DNA of 64,000 nt from NCBI GenBank assembly GCA_965649825.1, contig OZ287700.1, positions 1,364,001-1,428,000 on the forward strand, in the 5' to 3' direction. A model generated the notes under the pieces. The model saw nothing but the letters and a program-made list of their open reading frames with translations. It had not been told where the DNA came from and ran no database searches. The translations under genes were made by a program, and so were the position numbers. This DNA comes from Penicillus capitatus (lineage: Eukaryota; Plantae; Chlorophyta). Shown here piece by piece: positions 34,901 to 47,299 of the stretch (within the stretch, counting starts at the first letter, position 1; every line of letters starts with the position of its first letter).

Positions 34901-35970
34901 TGGTCTTGACTTCAAATCTCCTGGTTGTCGGCGTGTTCATGACATTCTTCGTCATAGAGTTGATCAAGAAGTATCACGTTCGATACATCACCTCGAAGCT
35001 CATTAAGTTCGCAAGAGACGAGATCGAAACCGTCGGTTGTCTCTTCTTACATCGTCTCTCCTCTCGAAAATCCCCCGCCTCTAGTGAAGCCTCTGTCAAT
35101 CATGGATCAGACAAGGACGACAGTACCCCTTTCGATCTCTTGGACACCTTCAATCCCCGCTTCGTCCACAATGCCCTCAAGAAGAAACCCTCACTGATCA
35201 AAGACTGGGACACAGTGAGCCGCATGCTGAAAAATTACATGTCCGATCAGTCCGAGAGTTCTTATCTCTCGATGAATCCCGTTGCCAAATTCTGGCGAAA
35301 GCTCGTGGACCGTTTCCCGGAGCTGGTGGATTTCTTGGCCGTCGCGGACGACGAGACCCGTGACAAATTTGAAGACGTTGCCAAATGCCTCTTTCGCGAT
35401 TTCTATCTCACCAACAAAGTGATACCGCTCCCTCTTATGGATGTCCTCAACTGGCGAGACTACGCTCCCATGTCTCAGTGGCTGGCCATTGCCGACGACA
35501 GCGATCGAGCGTTCTTTTTCCAGACAGTCGCCCAGATGTTCAAGAACAATGGAAATCATACGGCTGCCGGTGTTCTGATGTCCAAGATCCGCAACGGAAG
35601 ATACGACCCTGATCTGCATGGCCGTGGACTGAGACATTTGCGTTCGCTCTCGCATCTTCAGCAATCGGCTCTGTCGAGTCTTAAGGAAGGATTGCATCCG
35701 TTTACCCATTCCGCCTATCGCCGTTCGCTGGATCCTGATTCGCTCGTGAATCGGCGCATTAGCGATTTCTTCGAGGCACTGAGTAAAGAATCGAGTGAAT
35801 CCTCGCGTTCGCCCACACCTTCGCCGAACGATCATCCTTCGCACAAAGATACAGACGCTGACCTGGTGCCAGATAACATCGATGGACAGCCATCTGCTGA
35901 GAACAACGTATCGAATTCCAACTCCGAAACGGCGAAGCCTCCGCACGGTGTCGGAAAACTTACGCCATAA
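31981..35970 (+). CDS. receptor-like protein copy 2 (same architecture); single intron 33762-33821
   Basis: MYVFVALVLLLVRTRCDSAFRVGAVLSTKG...; Cys-rich repeats; TM domain; shared cytoplasmic YLSMNPVAKFWRKLVDRFPELVDFLAVADDETR. Confidence 0.8.
33546..34718 (+). repeat. 1173-bp near-identical segment, copy B (matches 28645-29817)
   Basis: Direct comparison by eye; offset 4901 bp. Confidence 0.95.
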
Positions 35971-36609
35971 GACTTAACGTGCTGTCTCAATAACGCCGTG
36001 CATCCCGTATTCGGTAGTGATCTGGTGCTGAAACCTAAATTCAGGGATCCGGCATTTTTATTGCAACGTTTATGTCGTTCGAGATCTGTTCACTTCATTT
36101 CATTGCCTCTCGGCGATGTGCAGAAAAAAACGCTTTTCATGTTGTTGTCCTCGATTCTTTCATCTTTCGTATGTTCGTGCAGATGATTGATTTCTTTCGT
36201 GCAATGCGCATGGAATGACTCATGTCACTTTTGGGATTCATTGGTAGGACCACAATTTTTGAGACGTCCAGTCCGTCCAGAAACAAGCGATGGGGGTCTT
36301 TCTGAGGTCGATTGTTCCTTTGCAGACCACGTCACTCGGTGGAAATGAACCCAATTCAACAATAAAGACCTTTCGAAGGCATTCATGACATTTATGGTCA
36401 AGATTCTGATTTCTGCCCATCGACTTCACGCCTTGTAAACACAGAGACCGTTTCCAGCATCGCAACTTCTGTCGGAATTTAGTGATGAACGCTGATTTCA
36501 CACTCTATCCCGCATTCCTGATCGACATTGACGTGACGGCGATCACATGCCGTCTGACAAGGCAGGGATGTAGCTGAGAGCATAGGGAAAACCGTCGTAT
36601 CAGACGACG

Positions 36610-38318
36610 ATGAGGATGGCACGAAAGATCGCTTTCGGTGCCTTGTCTCTGCCTTTCTGTCACTTTCTCGTTTCCACAGAGTTCGATAGAGACAACGCCG
36701 TTGCTCTGCTCAGTTGTGTGCCTCGCACACTTCGCGCTGTGCGATGGGCCCTTTCTGCTGGTTGGGACTACTGCACCCACATGCACTCTCCGTCGTCGAC
36801 AGACTGGTTCGCCTTGCATCGTCACTGGGCAGAGGCTTTAACGTCCGTATGCAAAGCAAATGGCGGTGTTTATGTCAAAGTATCCAAATCAGAAGCAAGA
36901 CCTGCTGTGAGCCGTCTTGAGTAGGTGGCTCAGATGCTCTCAACTTTTGGAGCGATTCCAGAAGCGTATCGAGTGAGATTAGGTCAGTTGCATGACCATT
37001 GCACTCCAAAGCCTTTTGAAAGCATACACAAGTCTCTGAGCAAAGAACTGGGAGACGGATATCGATCGCTCTTTCATCGAATCGACGAAGTGGCAACAGC
37101 TGCGGCGTCTATCGCCCAAGTCTGCCATCCCAGGCCAAATGGCGTCTCTCACATGTGCATCCAGGTGCATCAAGCAGAGCTCAAATCTGGACAGAAAGTG
37201 GCAGTAAAGGTACAGTATCCAGCACTGAAGAAAGCTATCGGAGCCGATCTCAATTGCCTCCTGGTCTTGACCAGAGTCTCGGATTTTATCTTTCCACACT
37301 ACCCAACACATTGGATGATTGAGAAAGTCGAAGAACAGATCGCTGAAGAGATGGATTTTGGCGTCGAAGTTCGCAATGCACAGATGCTTGAAAGCAGAAT
37401 GCATCATCGCAAAGATATCCGGTCCAGTATACACCTCTACCAGAACCATTCTTCGATGTTTGTCTGCTGGTCAGGATCCCGCAGATGTTTGAAGAACTCT
37501 GCACGTCACGTCTGTTGGTTATGGAATGGATCGATGGATGCAAACTCTCCGATTGCCAATGCTTGCGACGCAGAGGGATCAATCCACGGAGCGTGGCATT
37601 GACGCTTGTCGATGCATTCTCCGAGATGACTCTCATTCACGGTTTCATTCATGGTGATCCGCATCCTGGAAACCTCCTCGTCATTCCTACACCGTACCCT
37701 CAACTGCAATCCCGTTGAGATTATTCAGTCCATCCTTTTAGTTTCGAGAAGAGAGAGCATTGGCTGTGGAGGTTGCTCTCTTTTCAGTGGCGCACGCCGT
37801 TTCAACTGGTGCTGCTGGATCACGGGCATTACCTGGAAATAGATCATGCCACACGGCGCGACTATTGTGAGCTGTGGTGCAGTCTTGTTCGCGGCGATCA
37901 GCGCAGTGCCATCGAGGCAGCAACTCGGATGTGTCACGACGCTTCGGGTGGTCGATTGTTGCCCAATGTTCTCTATCGCCCTTTCGATCAGCGTACCAGA
38001 CGAAACCTTCGTTCCAGCATGAGCATGGCTGACCTGGTGCACCTTCTCAAGTCTGCTCCCCAGACGCTGGTCGATGCACTTCGCATCGTTGCCGTCGTGC
38101 GTCACGTCGCGACAGCTTTGGCAGATATCAAAGCCGATCGACCATATATCGAAGCGATGCATGCTTGGAATGGCCTTCTGTTGGAGGATAAGATGGAAGC
38201 CAATTTCCGGATCGCCTGGCGTGTCGAATTTCGAGTGAAACTGCGTCTGTGGATCATGCGTCTGGCAATGTGGCTTCGCGACATCTCATACAGCTGGGAG
38301 CTTTTTCGAGACGTCTAA
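36610..38318 (+). CDS. ABC1/UbiB atypical kinase (ADCK1/5-like)
   Basis: NGGVYVK|VAQ, AAASIAQ|VH, VAVKVQYP, EEMDF, IHGDPHPGN, LVLLDHG. Confidence 0.9.
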
Positions 38319-38363
38319 ACTTCATGATACATCGCAGTGCAGCGAAAGGTGTTTTTGAGAGCG

Positions 38364-38931
38364 TCAGTGAAAAACAATTTGTCGTTTGTACAGCGAGTGA
38401 AGCTCCTTGGAGAGTTTTTGTTTCATAAGGTGCCTGTCGCGATGATAAACCCATTCTTCGTTTTCGTAATCGTACCGAAAAGGGCCGCTACCAAACCACA
38501 CCCCTATCGACAAGGACGCCAAACCAGCGAGTGTGTGATACCTGATGGGAGATGACAACCAGATCTGCTTGTTCGGCGCTTGTTTGTTGATGACATAGGT
38601 TCCTTTCGTCCCCATCTGAACCGTAACGACTCCTTGCTGCACAAACACTGGAGCAAGGGACAGGGATTGCAGTGAGGTACTGAGTATTGAATGTCGACAT
38701 CGGATGAAGGGATCTGTTCAAAATACTCTTCCAGATCTTCGACGAGCACGTCGAGACTGCGATCCGCCACTCGATGGTACTCCAGTTCGCTCAGCACGCC
38801 TCTTCTGCCATCCATTCATAACAGGATGCTGGACTTTGTTGAGAAGGGCGTTACACGGCTGAGGTCGTCGAGATCCATGTTGACCACCGCGCCTCTTTTG
38901 CGATAACGCCGTCCAAAATACGACGCAGCAT
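38364..38931 (-). CDS. FXN: frataxin
   Basis: YHRVAD...DIQYS|QGVVTV...[20 protein letters not shown]|SGPFRYDY. Confidence 0.95.
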
Positions 38932-39013
38932 GAGAGAGCATCTATCGTACGTGATGCGACTTCCAGGCGAAGGAACCCTAATCGAACAGTATCGTTTCGG
39001 GTGCTCTAAGAAG

Positions 39014-40024
39014 ATGTTGCAGTCTTTATCGCGTTCTGTGCGCCCGGAGGCGATCGCAACGCGCCGACGGGGAAAGGGACGGAGCAATGGCGGATGGGCT
39101 CTGCGACGAAAAGCCGAAGGGCTTAAGAAACCCGTTGGATTTCGATCCAGTCTTTTTCAAAGTGCTCCTAAAATCGATCCTCGCCGAACGAACAAACGAA
39201 CATGCACTGTCTTTCAGGCGTCGCACTGTTTAGGAAACAAAACCACAAAAGGCGGCCGGGTCGAGACGACCATGTAGGTTTAGAAGTGCAAAACCATAAG
39301 TCACACGGGACATGTCTTGCAGAGAGTCGTCGAAGCACGAGTAAAAGATCCAGATATGGATTTTGAAGAAGAAGAGGATCCAGACAAAGATCCGCCTACC
39401 CCATTTTGGTGCACCGCTGCTGCTTTTATGTACTTGGTCCCATGGATCGACATCGTTGGCATGGGCCGGGAAGTCTATCACAAGTTTCCCATATTGTGCT
39501 ACTTCTACTTCGGAGCCTGTCTTGCTCTTCTCACTCTTTCCTGCTTCTCACTCTTTTGCTTTAGCACCGTTCTTTGGCATCTATTACAGCAGCCAGTTTG
39601 CACCGTTGATTATCTTCTTCCTTATGTTTCTGGCGATCGTCAAGAACAAAAAGCTCGCACACTTTGTGCGGTTCAACTGTATGCAGGTCACACTTTGCCG
39701 AAGCCAAAAGGCTTTTATCCTAGAGAGCGAGATGTGGGTGTTCTAGGCTATTATGTTGGACATTGTTGTGATGCTTTTCACCATTCTGCACACCTATCTC
39801 CCAGCTGAAGTGAGATGGAGTTTCTTACTCCCACTGTTTGACATGTGCTCTTGGATCTGGTGCATGACGACCATCGTCTATTGCGTTTTCTTCACTCTCA
39901 GGTACAAAAGAACATCTCATCGCACACCCTCTCACTCCTCTTTGCATACAGAGGTGTCTATGCCGATATCCCCCTAATCTCGGAAGCGGTCTACATTCAA
40001 GTGGAACTGTCAGAGTATGCTTGA
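39014..40024 (+). CDS. TIC20: Tic20 family plastid inner-envelope protein
   Basis: YLVPWID, FFLMFLAIVKNKKLAHFVRFNCMQ|AIMLDI, G.YADIPLISEAVYIQ. Confidence 0.85.
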
Positions 40025-40225
40025 CACCTTTTGTTGGACGGGTCTTGGGATCATCTACATGATCTTTATTGGGCTAATGATGAGGCATGCGTTTAAGTCA
40101 AATCTGCCATTCCTTCAGTCGTCACGCTCTTTGCGCGCAACAAATTTCTTTTTGCGTCGTGAAGCTCGATTCTCCGCTTTTAAGAGATAGTGTGTCGCTT
40201 CACTTGTGTGTTTCGACGAAGCTTC

Positions 40226-40810
40226 ATGGATTCTTCCGCCGGTTCAGATTTTACTTTCACTTCTGACGTCGACTTCCCGAACAAAGTGAAGCTGAGAAAG
40301 CGGATTCCCTTTTGGCTTCTGGAACTCACCATCGGTATCGACCATGACCGATTGAAGCACACTCTTAAACCAGCTTGCGTCATCAAAGTGCGTCAAACTC
40401 GCCGTTATTGGCATCTTTACGTCCCTTCAGCCTGAGTGCAATGCAGGACAAGTTTCTCAAGGGGATCATTGACCTGAATGTCGGGGAAAAACGTGTCGAG
40501 TATCGTAAAGTGTGCGGGATTCCTTTCGTTGGTCAGTTGGTACTGAATGCGGGATTCAATTACCGGAACCCTTTGAGAACTCCGAGAATAGGCAAAACAG
40601 ACACTGTTCACCGTTCAATGTCGACATCTCCATGTTTATGCGCCTGTAGGGATTCATTTCTCGACATCTGGACCAACGGCTGTGGTCAGTGGCGAGGCAA
40701 CAAGATTTGATCAGAAACTCTCATTGGGCAAGCGCGTCGGCTTAGAGGTAAACATACACAACGGCGAAAATAACAACGATCCGGACAAACGCTCGCGCAC
40801 TTACGCTCTC
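40226..40810 (+). CDS. uncharacterised beta-strand-rich protein; 3' end unclear
   Basis: Spliced MDSSAGSDFTFTSDVDFPNKVKLRKRIPFWLLELTIGIDH...|DKFLKGIIDLNVGEKRVEYRK with GT-AG junctions. Confidence 0.5.
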
Positions 40811-40811
40811 T

Positions 40812-42438
40812 CTACGCTTTCAACTGAAAATGCTCGAGTGGACTGCCGCCTCTCAATTGACGCAGCCACTGTTCTTCGTACAATCTGCGCACTTCATCGT
40901 CCGACATCGAATTCACAAGATGCCATCGCTGGCGCAGACCTTCTCCGGCAGGGCGATTCCAAAAAGAACGGAAACGCTGCTGGCTTCGCGCATAGGCTCG
41001 CACAAATTCGTAGTACTTTCGGACCTTTGCTGCATACTCGTTTTTGGCTTCGATATTCTTCTCGATGTCGATGTCGGTGTTGCAGTCCAGCACCAGTGCC
41101 GGAATTTGGGATATGGCGGTTTTGACATCATGCGAGATGCAGCAGGTCGACAATACGCCTCTTCTGTACGCAGGATCATTGCTCAGGATACCATTCTCTC
41201 CCAGCCAAATAATCGAATCCTTCAATTCCTCCGGCACCTGCGGCATTGCCGGTATCACTTCGATCTGCGACTCTGTTCCGAGCGACTCGGGAAAGAGCCT
41301 TTTTCTCTCTGTCCTGTACACGACCGACGTCGTCTCGACCAGTGTGGGCAACGACGGCTGTTTGAACCATTCCTCGTGCTTTTCATGCAACCCTGGACAC
41401 AGAGATCGTGCATGGAACGGCCATGAGTGGCGACGCCTATTGACCTTCGAGGTAGTCGTTTGTTACGTGGCATTCTTCCGATCGATTACGTCTTCTCAGT
41501 CGTTTCATACAGGTATCAGGTTCTGCACGTAGGTAGATGAATCCATCGGGTATAAGACCAGGCACTTCCCGGATCATTGGATTGAACCAACTGTCGTAGA
41601 GCTCGAGTTGGTAGTCGTCTAACCACTTCTCTTCGTGCACGGCACGAACGAACACTAATCGATCGCTGAAGACCGATCGTTCGATCAGACGCAGAGGCTT
41701 TGTTCCATCGAACGTTCTTCTGTTGATCTCCAGACGCGTCAAGAAGACGTAGTTCTGGAATTCGTAGGCGTGTTTTGCAGGGTTTTCGTAGAACCTCTGA
41801 AGAAGATTGTTGCTGGAGCGTCCGCCGACCTTCTGCCATTCCTGAACGGGCTCTGGCACGACATCCACCCAATCATCGATGTCTCGTTGAGCTTCCTTCA
41901 CCATTTGCAGAAATGTTGTCTTTCCAGCCGAAACATTGCCTTCGATGCTTAAAGTAATGCGATTGGTTTTTTGCATCGAAGCTGTTCCGTCTCTCTCTGG
42001 TAACTCTTTCAAAAATCCAGTGATGGATCGGCAATGGTGTCGGTGGCGAATGCCGACTTCTTGGTGCAGGTATTCGACAAATCGTGCGTCTTCTTCGTCA
42101 AATTGGTCATGAAAGACAGATCTCAGACTGGCGACATTGACGATACCCTTGTCACAGAGGAGGCGTTCATTGATGGGTCCCACTCCAGGAACGACGCGGA
42201 GTTCTGTTTTCGATCTCACCACTTCTGTTGTTTTTTCTGCTTTTGCATTGAGCGCTGTGAAAGGCGTCGTGCTTCTCTGGCGGCAGATGCGCAGCGCTTT
42301 TCTTGCCTTGAACGGAATCTCGTTGACGGCCGCGATGCGAAAACGACGCATTGGCACACGCGATTCGCCGATTTGTTTTAACGACGCGGACAAAACGTCG
42401 ATCTGCGGAAGGACTTTTTTCGTGAAGACGCGTTTCAT
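40812..42438 (-). CDS. plant-type deoxynucleoside kinase with N-terminal HhH-like segment; one intron near 41395-41446
   Basis: SIEGNVSAGKTT P-loop, VPEPVQEW, ERSVFSDR, FIYLRAEP, LHEKHEEW, IPALVLDC. Confidence 0.9.
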
Positions 42439-43800
42439 AGAACTGATTTCGTTATTAACCTTCGCATCCTGCCCTCGCTGAAATCTGACGTTTAATGTGA
42501 TTTTAGTTCATTGGGGAATTGCGTCGGCCGGGAGTGGCGCAAACTCATGACTTCGGTGACGGGCATCTGAACGTCCATTTACAAGAGGTTAATGCTATCA
42601 TCAAGCTCTAACTGCAAACCAGAACACCGGGAGGTATGAAAGACAGGGGAGATTGGATCTCCATTGGGACAAGAGTCGGATTTTATGTTTTTATACGATC
42701 GCAGTTTTATTTCACTCGGGGCTGGTTCGTTCCTTTGTCTGTTCGTTTTTCCGAGGATAAAGTCTGTTTGAAAAACGTTTCATTGTTTACCTCTGCATGG
42801 GGAATCGTTTGTTTGTTTGTTCTTCTATCTAATTCAAATCCCTTAACGTCCCTTTATTCTAAAGAGGCTATCGCCTAAAATTGATGTTCAATGAATCAAA
42901 AAACTCCTGAACACTTCCAAGGTTGTTTGTTCTTTGCTCGCTTATCCTCTTATTCCTGCTAATGGTTATTACTGGGCTTGCACTTCTCGTGCTGATGGAA
43001 TGAGCCGCCCATAAGCGCACAAATGCAATTAACGGTGAGGGATTCATCCGCCGCAGTCTGTCGCGGGAGCGTCGTTTTGCACTGGACGTGTTTTGGTGGG
43101 CGATGAATGGCAGTCATGCCATATATGAATAAGCGCACTCAATTGCATCGCGTGCTCATGGGTTCTTTCGTATGGTGGATGGTCAGCAGCACATTGCAAA
43201 GAAAGAAGAGATAAGCCATCGCAAAGAAAGGACAGAAATATAACGCGACACTTTGCACTAAGTGACATTTGGATTTCAAATTATGCCGTCTTTAATTCAA
43301 AACAAGTCCATGTCCCGCACAACCCAACAATCGGTCGATTCGCCATGCATCCAAAGGCTCAATAGTCTTGCTCAGACGTCGCCCTATGGCTTTCTCCAGG
43401 ATAAAGGCATGTACGAAAATACGGTTATTGGTTCATTCAAGCAGTGAAGGACATTTCTCCTTCCGTGGGGCAATCGTCTCGTTGTACGTGTCTTTCCAGA
43501 CACATCGCTTGACGCTCTGTTCGGTGCCGTGTAAGGAGAATTCGATAACGGTAGTCGATTTCTTTTTTCGCAAAAGACGGAGAATGTTGTACAGACACAA
43601 CTACAAAAATAGGTAGCCCGACAGCAGATCGATTAACTGTTTTGTAACTCTATTTGCTGTACAGAACTCATAACCGTTCTGACTGTGGCCCATGCCGCGT
43701 TCGAAAAAGATAGAGCGCAACGGAGGCTATAAACAGGTAAGAGTGAAGAAGGATCTGTTGTCTATTTCGTCGTTGTCTGAGCTTGTATTCCTCATTCATC

Positions 43801-44905
43801 CTAATCAACAGACCGTCGTGCAATTGCACCAATAATAAACAGTACGCGATTGGACCTGTTATCGAATCTCCGGCCGAAAAGGAAGCCCAACAGTTCCGTC
43901 ACTTTGCTTCTGATCCACACGAAAGGGCCAGGCACAAACACACGTACGAGTCCCGCCAGAATACCTGTAAGAGATCATTGCAACTCACGCCATTTATACC
44001 ATGCTTTGCATGTACGGACCGCAGAGATGCCCGAGATGGTTAGAATTGCGGAAACAGAAAGTCGTGATAGCCAGATTGGCCCAAACGTGGTAAGGCATCG
44101 GGATCGGAAGCGATGAGACAAGATTTGGATCGCAGTCGTTCGCTGCACCCGTTAGCACACTTAAGGCGAAGGCGGCTGAGGAGAAGCCGATCGTGTCTGC
44201 CAAACATACGCATCGCGTATGATCACTAGAGAAGAAACGCGACCTAATGCGTAGAAAGTGGTTGGACGTCCAAGCATCGTCTTCTCAAGCCACGCAGCGC
44301 ATACATAGATTCCGTGAGAGAGTAAGGTCAATCCCGACACATCCAGGAGAAAGGGAATGGCTCCCATTTGAGGCTCCATGACAATGCCTGTTTCGAGCAA
44401 GCTGTTCACGTTAAACAGGACATGTGTTGCGTCTAAGTGCACGAAACCGGCAGCGAAGAGACGGTACAATTCCCTTTTGCGCAAGACCTAAGAAACGGCG
44501 TCTTAATTTTCAGATCTTGTGAAGGTGTAACGGACTCGATAGGGCAGAAGACTGACGTAGTTAAGGGAGACGCCGTCAGGTTTGAGAAATACAAAACTCT
44601 GAGCAGCGACTAGCGCGAGTGTACCCGGCGGTACTTGACAATCGCAATTGCGCAGCGTGGACAGCAAAAGCGCTGAGGACGCCAAACATCGTCCAGAAGA
44701 CGACTCTTCGGAGGAGCCACGCACCGGTGGAGAGGTATAAGGGTGGTGCGCGACGTGCCGGAAGAGGGACACGTCTGTCAAAAACCTCGCTGCTGGTGGA
44801 GACGTCAACCATCCACTCGCGCATTTTCTGACCGACGTCGTCCCAATGCGTCGGGTCTAATGATGCCGAAACGCTTTTCCACACGCTCTCGATCGATCGT
44901 GCCAT
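43801..44905 (-). CDS. rhomboid family intramembrane protease (RHBDL4/RBL14-like)
   Basis: FVHLDATHVLFNVNSL, IGFSSAAFAL (catalytic Ser), GHLC|GILAG (catalytic His). Confidence 0.8.
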
Positions 44906-44953
44906 GGAGATCAAACACGATGTTGACTAAACGACGATAATACGTTTTGAAGG

Positions 44954-46097
44954 ATGTTGCGTTCTGTGTGTCGTCTCAGTCGTCAGGCGTGGATCGGTTG
45001 GCAGCGGAGTTTAGCTATGGCCGCCGAAATACCGCCACTTGAACAGCGAGAGTTCGCCCCCAGTTCGAAGCGTACTGGAGTGATCGCTATCAAGGCTGGT
45101 ATGACGCAAGACTGGGATACCAATAATGCATTCGTCCCGCTCACCGTTCTCTGGATCGACAACTGTCAAGTACGTTTGGAGCAGAGGGCGCACTCTTATG
45201 CATGTACGATGGCTCAGGTCATTGAGGTTTCTCCGAAGGAAAATGGCGATTTTCGTTTGCAGCTTGGATGCGGTTTCAAGAAAACGAAGAATACCCCCAG
45301 ACACGTGAAGAAGGAATTCAGGGAACTTCGCATGCCAGTCAAAAGCAAGACGGCAGACTTTATCGTCAGCGCAGACGGCGTTCTTCCGGTTTCGCTCTTT
45401 TCCTTACCGAATGCTCACACGATCGACCAACGTTGCCGTTTAGGTAGGAACGCCTGTCACTGCGGCGCATTACATTCCAGGGCAGTACATAGACGTCAAA
45501 GGAACCACTATTGGAAAAGGATTTCAGGGTACGATTGAAGAGGTTTAGTTTGTTGCATCGCCGTCGCGTCAGGTGTGATGAAAAGGTGGAATTTCGCCGG
45601 GGGCAATGCATCTCACGGAGCGTCCAAATCTCACCGTTCGGCCGGATCGATCGGTGCCTGTCAAGTGCGTCCTTCATTACAGACCCACGATTTCGACACA
45701 ATGCTGCCATAGGATCCAGGCAAGGTGTGGAAAGGAAAGAAGATGGCAGGCCATATGGGCTGCAAGACGAGAGTCGTGCACAACGTCTGGGTTTACAAAG
45801 TGTGACACGTGCATCTACGTTAACGATGGAAACAGGGTGCGTTAGGTGGACCCTTTGAGGAATTTGCTCTATGTCCGGGGTCAAGTTCCTGGGCATAAAG
45901 GCAATTACGTCTATCTCCGAGATGCGCTATATAAAGGGAATAATCCGGATGTCCCGTTTCCGACGCATATAGGTAATATCTGGACATGGTGTCCGGCGAC
46001 ATTTCTCGACATCTGTTGTCTAGGCGTGCTGCCTGAGATCGGCGTCGCCGAGCCAGATAGAGACCCCTATCACTTGTACCAGAAGAGTAAGCTTTGA
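44954..46097 (+). CDS. MRPL3: organellar, probably mitochondrial, ribosomal protein uL3
   Basis: [32 protein letters not shown]|[33 protein letters not shown]. Confidence 0.93.
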
Positions 46098-46237
46098 AGA
46101 ACGGCAGCAATTGTGTCCGGACCGAAAAGCACTGCAAAACAACAGCTATACTGCGCTTCGCGTTTTAACAGATTTGCCCCTTCATCGTGTCCGTGATCGT
46201 CATGTCACATCTACTTGACGCGAACGACGGAACCGCG

Positions 46238-47192
46238 ATGCTTGGTCTTGTGCGATGTTCTGTCGGACGATACCCTTTGCGTTCAGCAGGGAGAGCGTTA
46301 CACACGGGAGTCAACAGAAGAATCACGAAGATGAAGGCCACGGAGGAAGAACAACGCGAAACGCGAACACCGCTTACCACAAAAGAAGCTCCCCCTGACT
46401 TGAAAGTGCGCGCAGGTCAAGAAGTCGACAACTCCTCACCATGACATTCGATTAGGTGATTAAGATCGAAGAGGCAGGGACAGAGGCATGGAGTGGCGTT
46501 GCTCAGGTGGATTCGGGAACAAACTCAACGCCATCCTGGACGTAAAGTCGATGTCCATTTCCTCCTACGCAATGGGTTTCTTTCAGTTCGACGGCCGTGT
46601 TGGTCTTGGGGGATGCGGCTGTCTATGCGCTGTTTGCAACAATTGGACGCGCTTCACATGGAGAATCGCTTTCGGTGACGAGCATCATGGGAACAGCACT
46701 TCCTTTTCTGATCGGTCCGTCGACCTTCTCACAGTCGTGGCTTACCGCACCTTCATGCAGGATGGTATGCGAGTGCTGCATTGTTGGGTGGCTATGGAGA
46801 GAGTGCAAAATCCGGAAAAATCGCTTCAGCTGCGCAAACGACACTGAAATGCTGGCTCCTTGCAGATCCTGTAAGAGACTGGGCAGGGTACCGCTCGATG
46901 ACGCATTCGTTGACGATCTAGTTGGGATTGGCGTTGCGCGGATTGGCTGTTGGATATGTGCCACCTCGACCTTTTATTGTGGTGACAAGTGTCTTCACCT
47001 TCACATTGATGATGGGATGGAGAGTCGGATACGCAGCACTGACACCTCCACTTCAGGTCTCTCCATAAGTGTCTGTCGACTCTTTATGATACCTGTTCTC
47101 TCTTTAAGGGGACAGGAGATAAAACAGGAAAGAGACGCGGCAGTCCTTTTGAGTTTTTGAGTTTTTTGAATTCGATCGTGCGAAGATGGTGA
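46238..47192 (+). CDS. DUF3054 family plastid membrane protein
   Basis: GDAAVYALFATIGRASHG...TALPFLIG; C-terminal GSPFEFLSFLNSIVRRW*. Confidence 0.8.
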
Positions 47193-47299
47193 ACAAAAGG
47201 ATGTTGACGAAGGATGACTTTTTCGCTTCATGTACAACTGTAATGCGATGACGACGCATTTTGCTGAGTCTGCGAGAATCGGCAGTCAAACTTTTTGAA

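Noticed and set aside
41980-42200. HhH-like N-terminal segment on the deoxynucleoside kinase as a novel fusion
   Set aside because: A similar extension occurs in plant-type dNKs, as far as I recall.
42520-42600. A-box-like GGAGTGGCGCAA suggesting a tRNA
   Set aside because: No B-box/TTC loop or cloverleaf.
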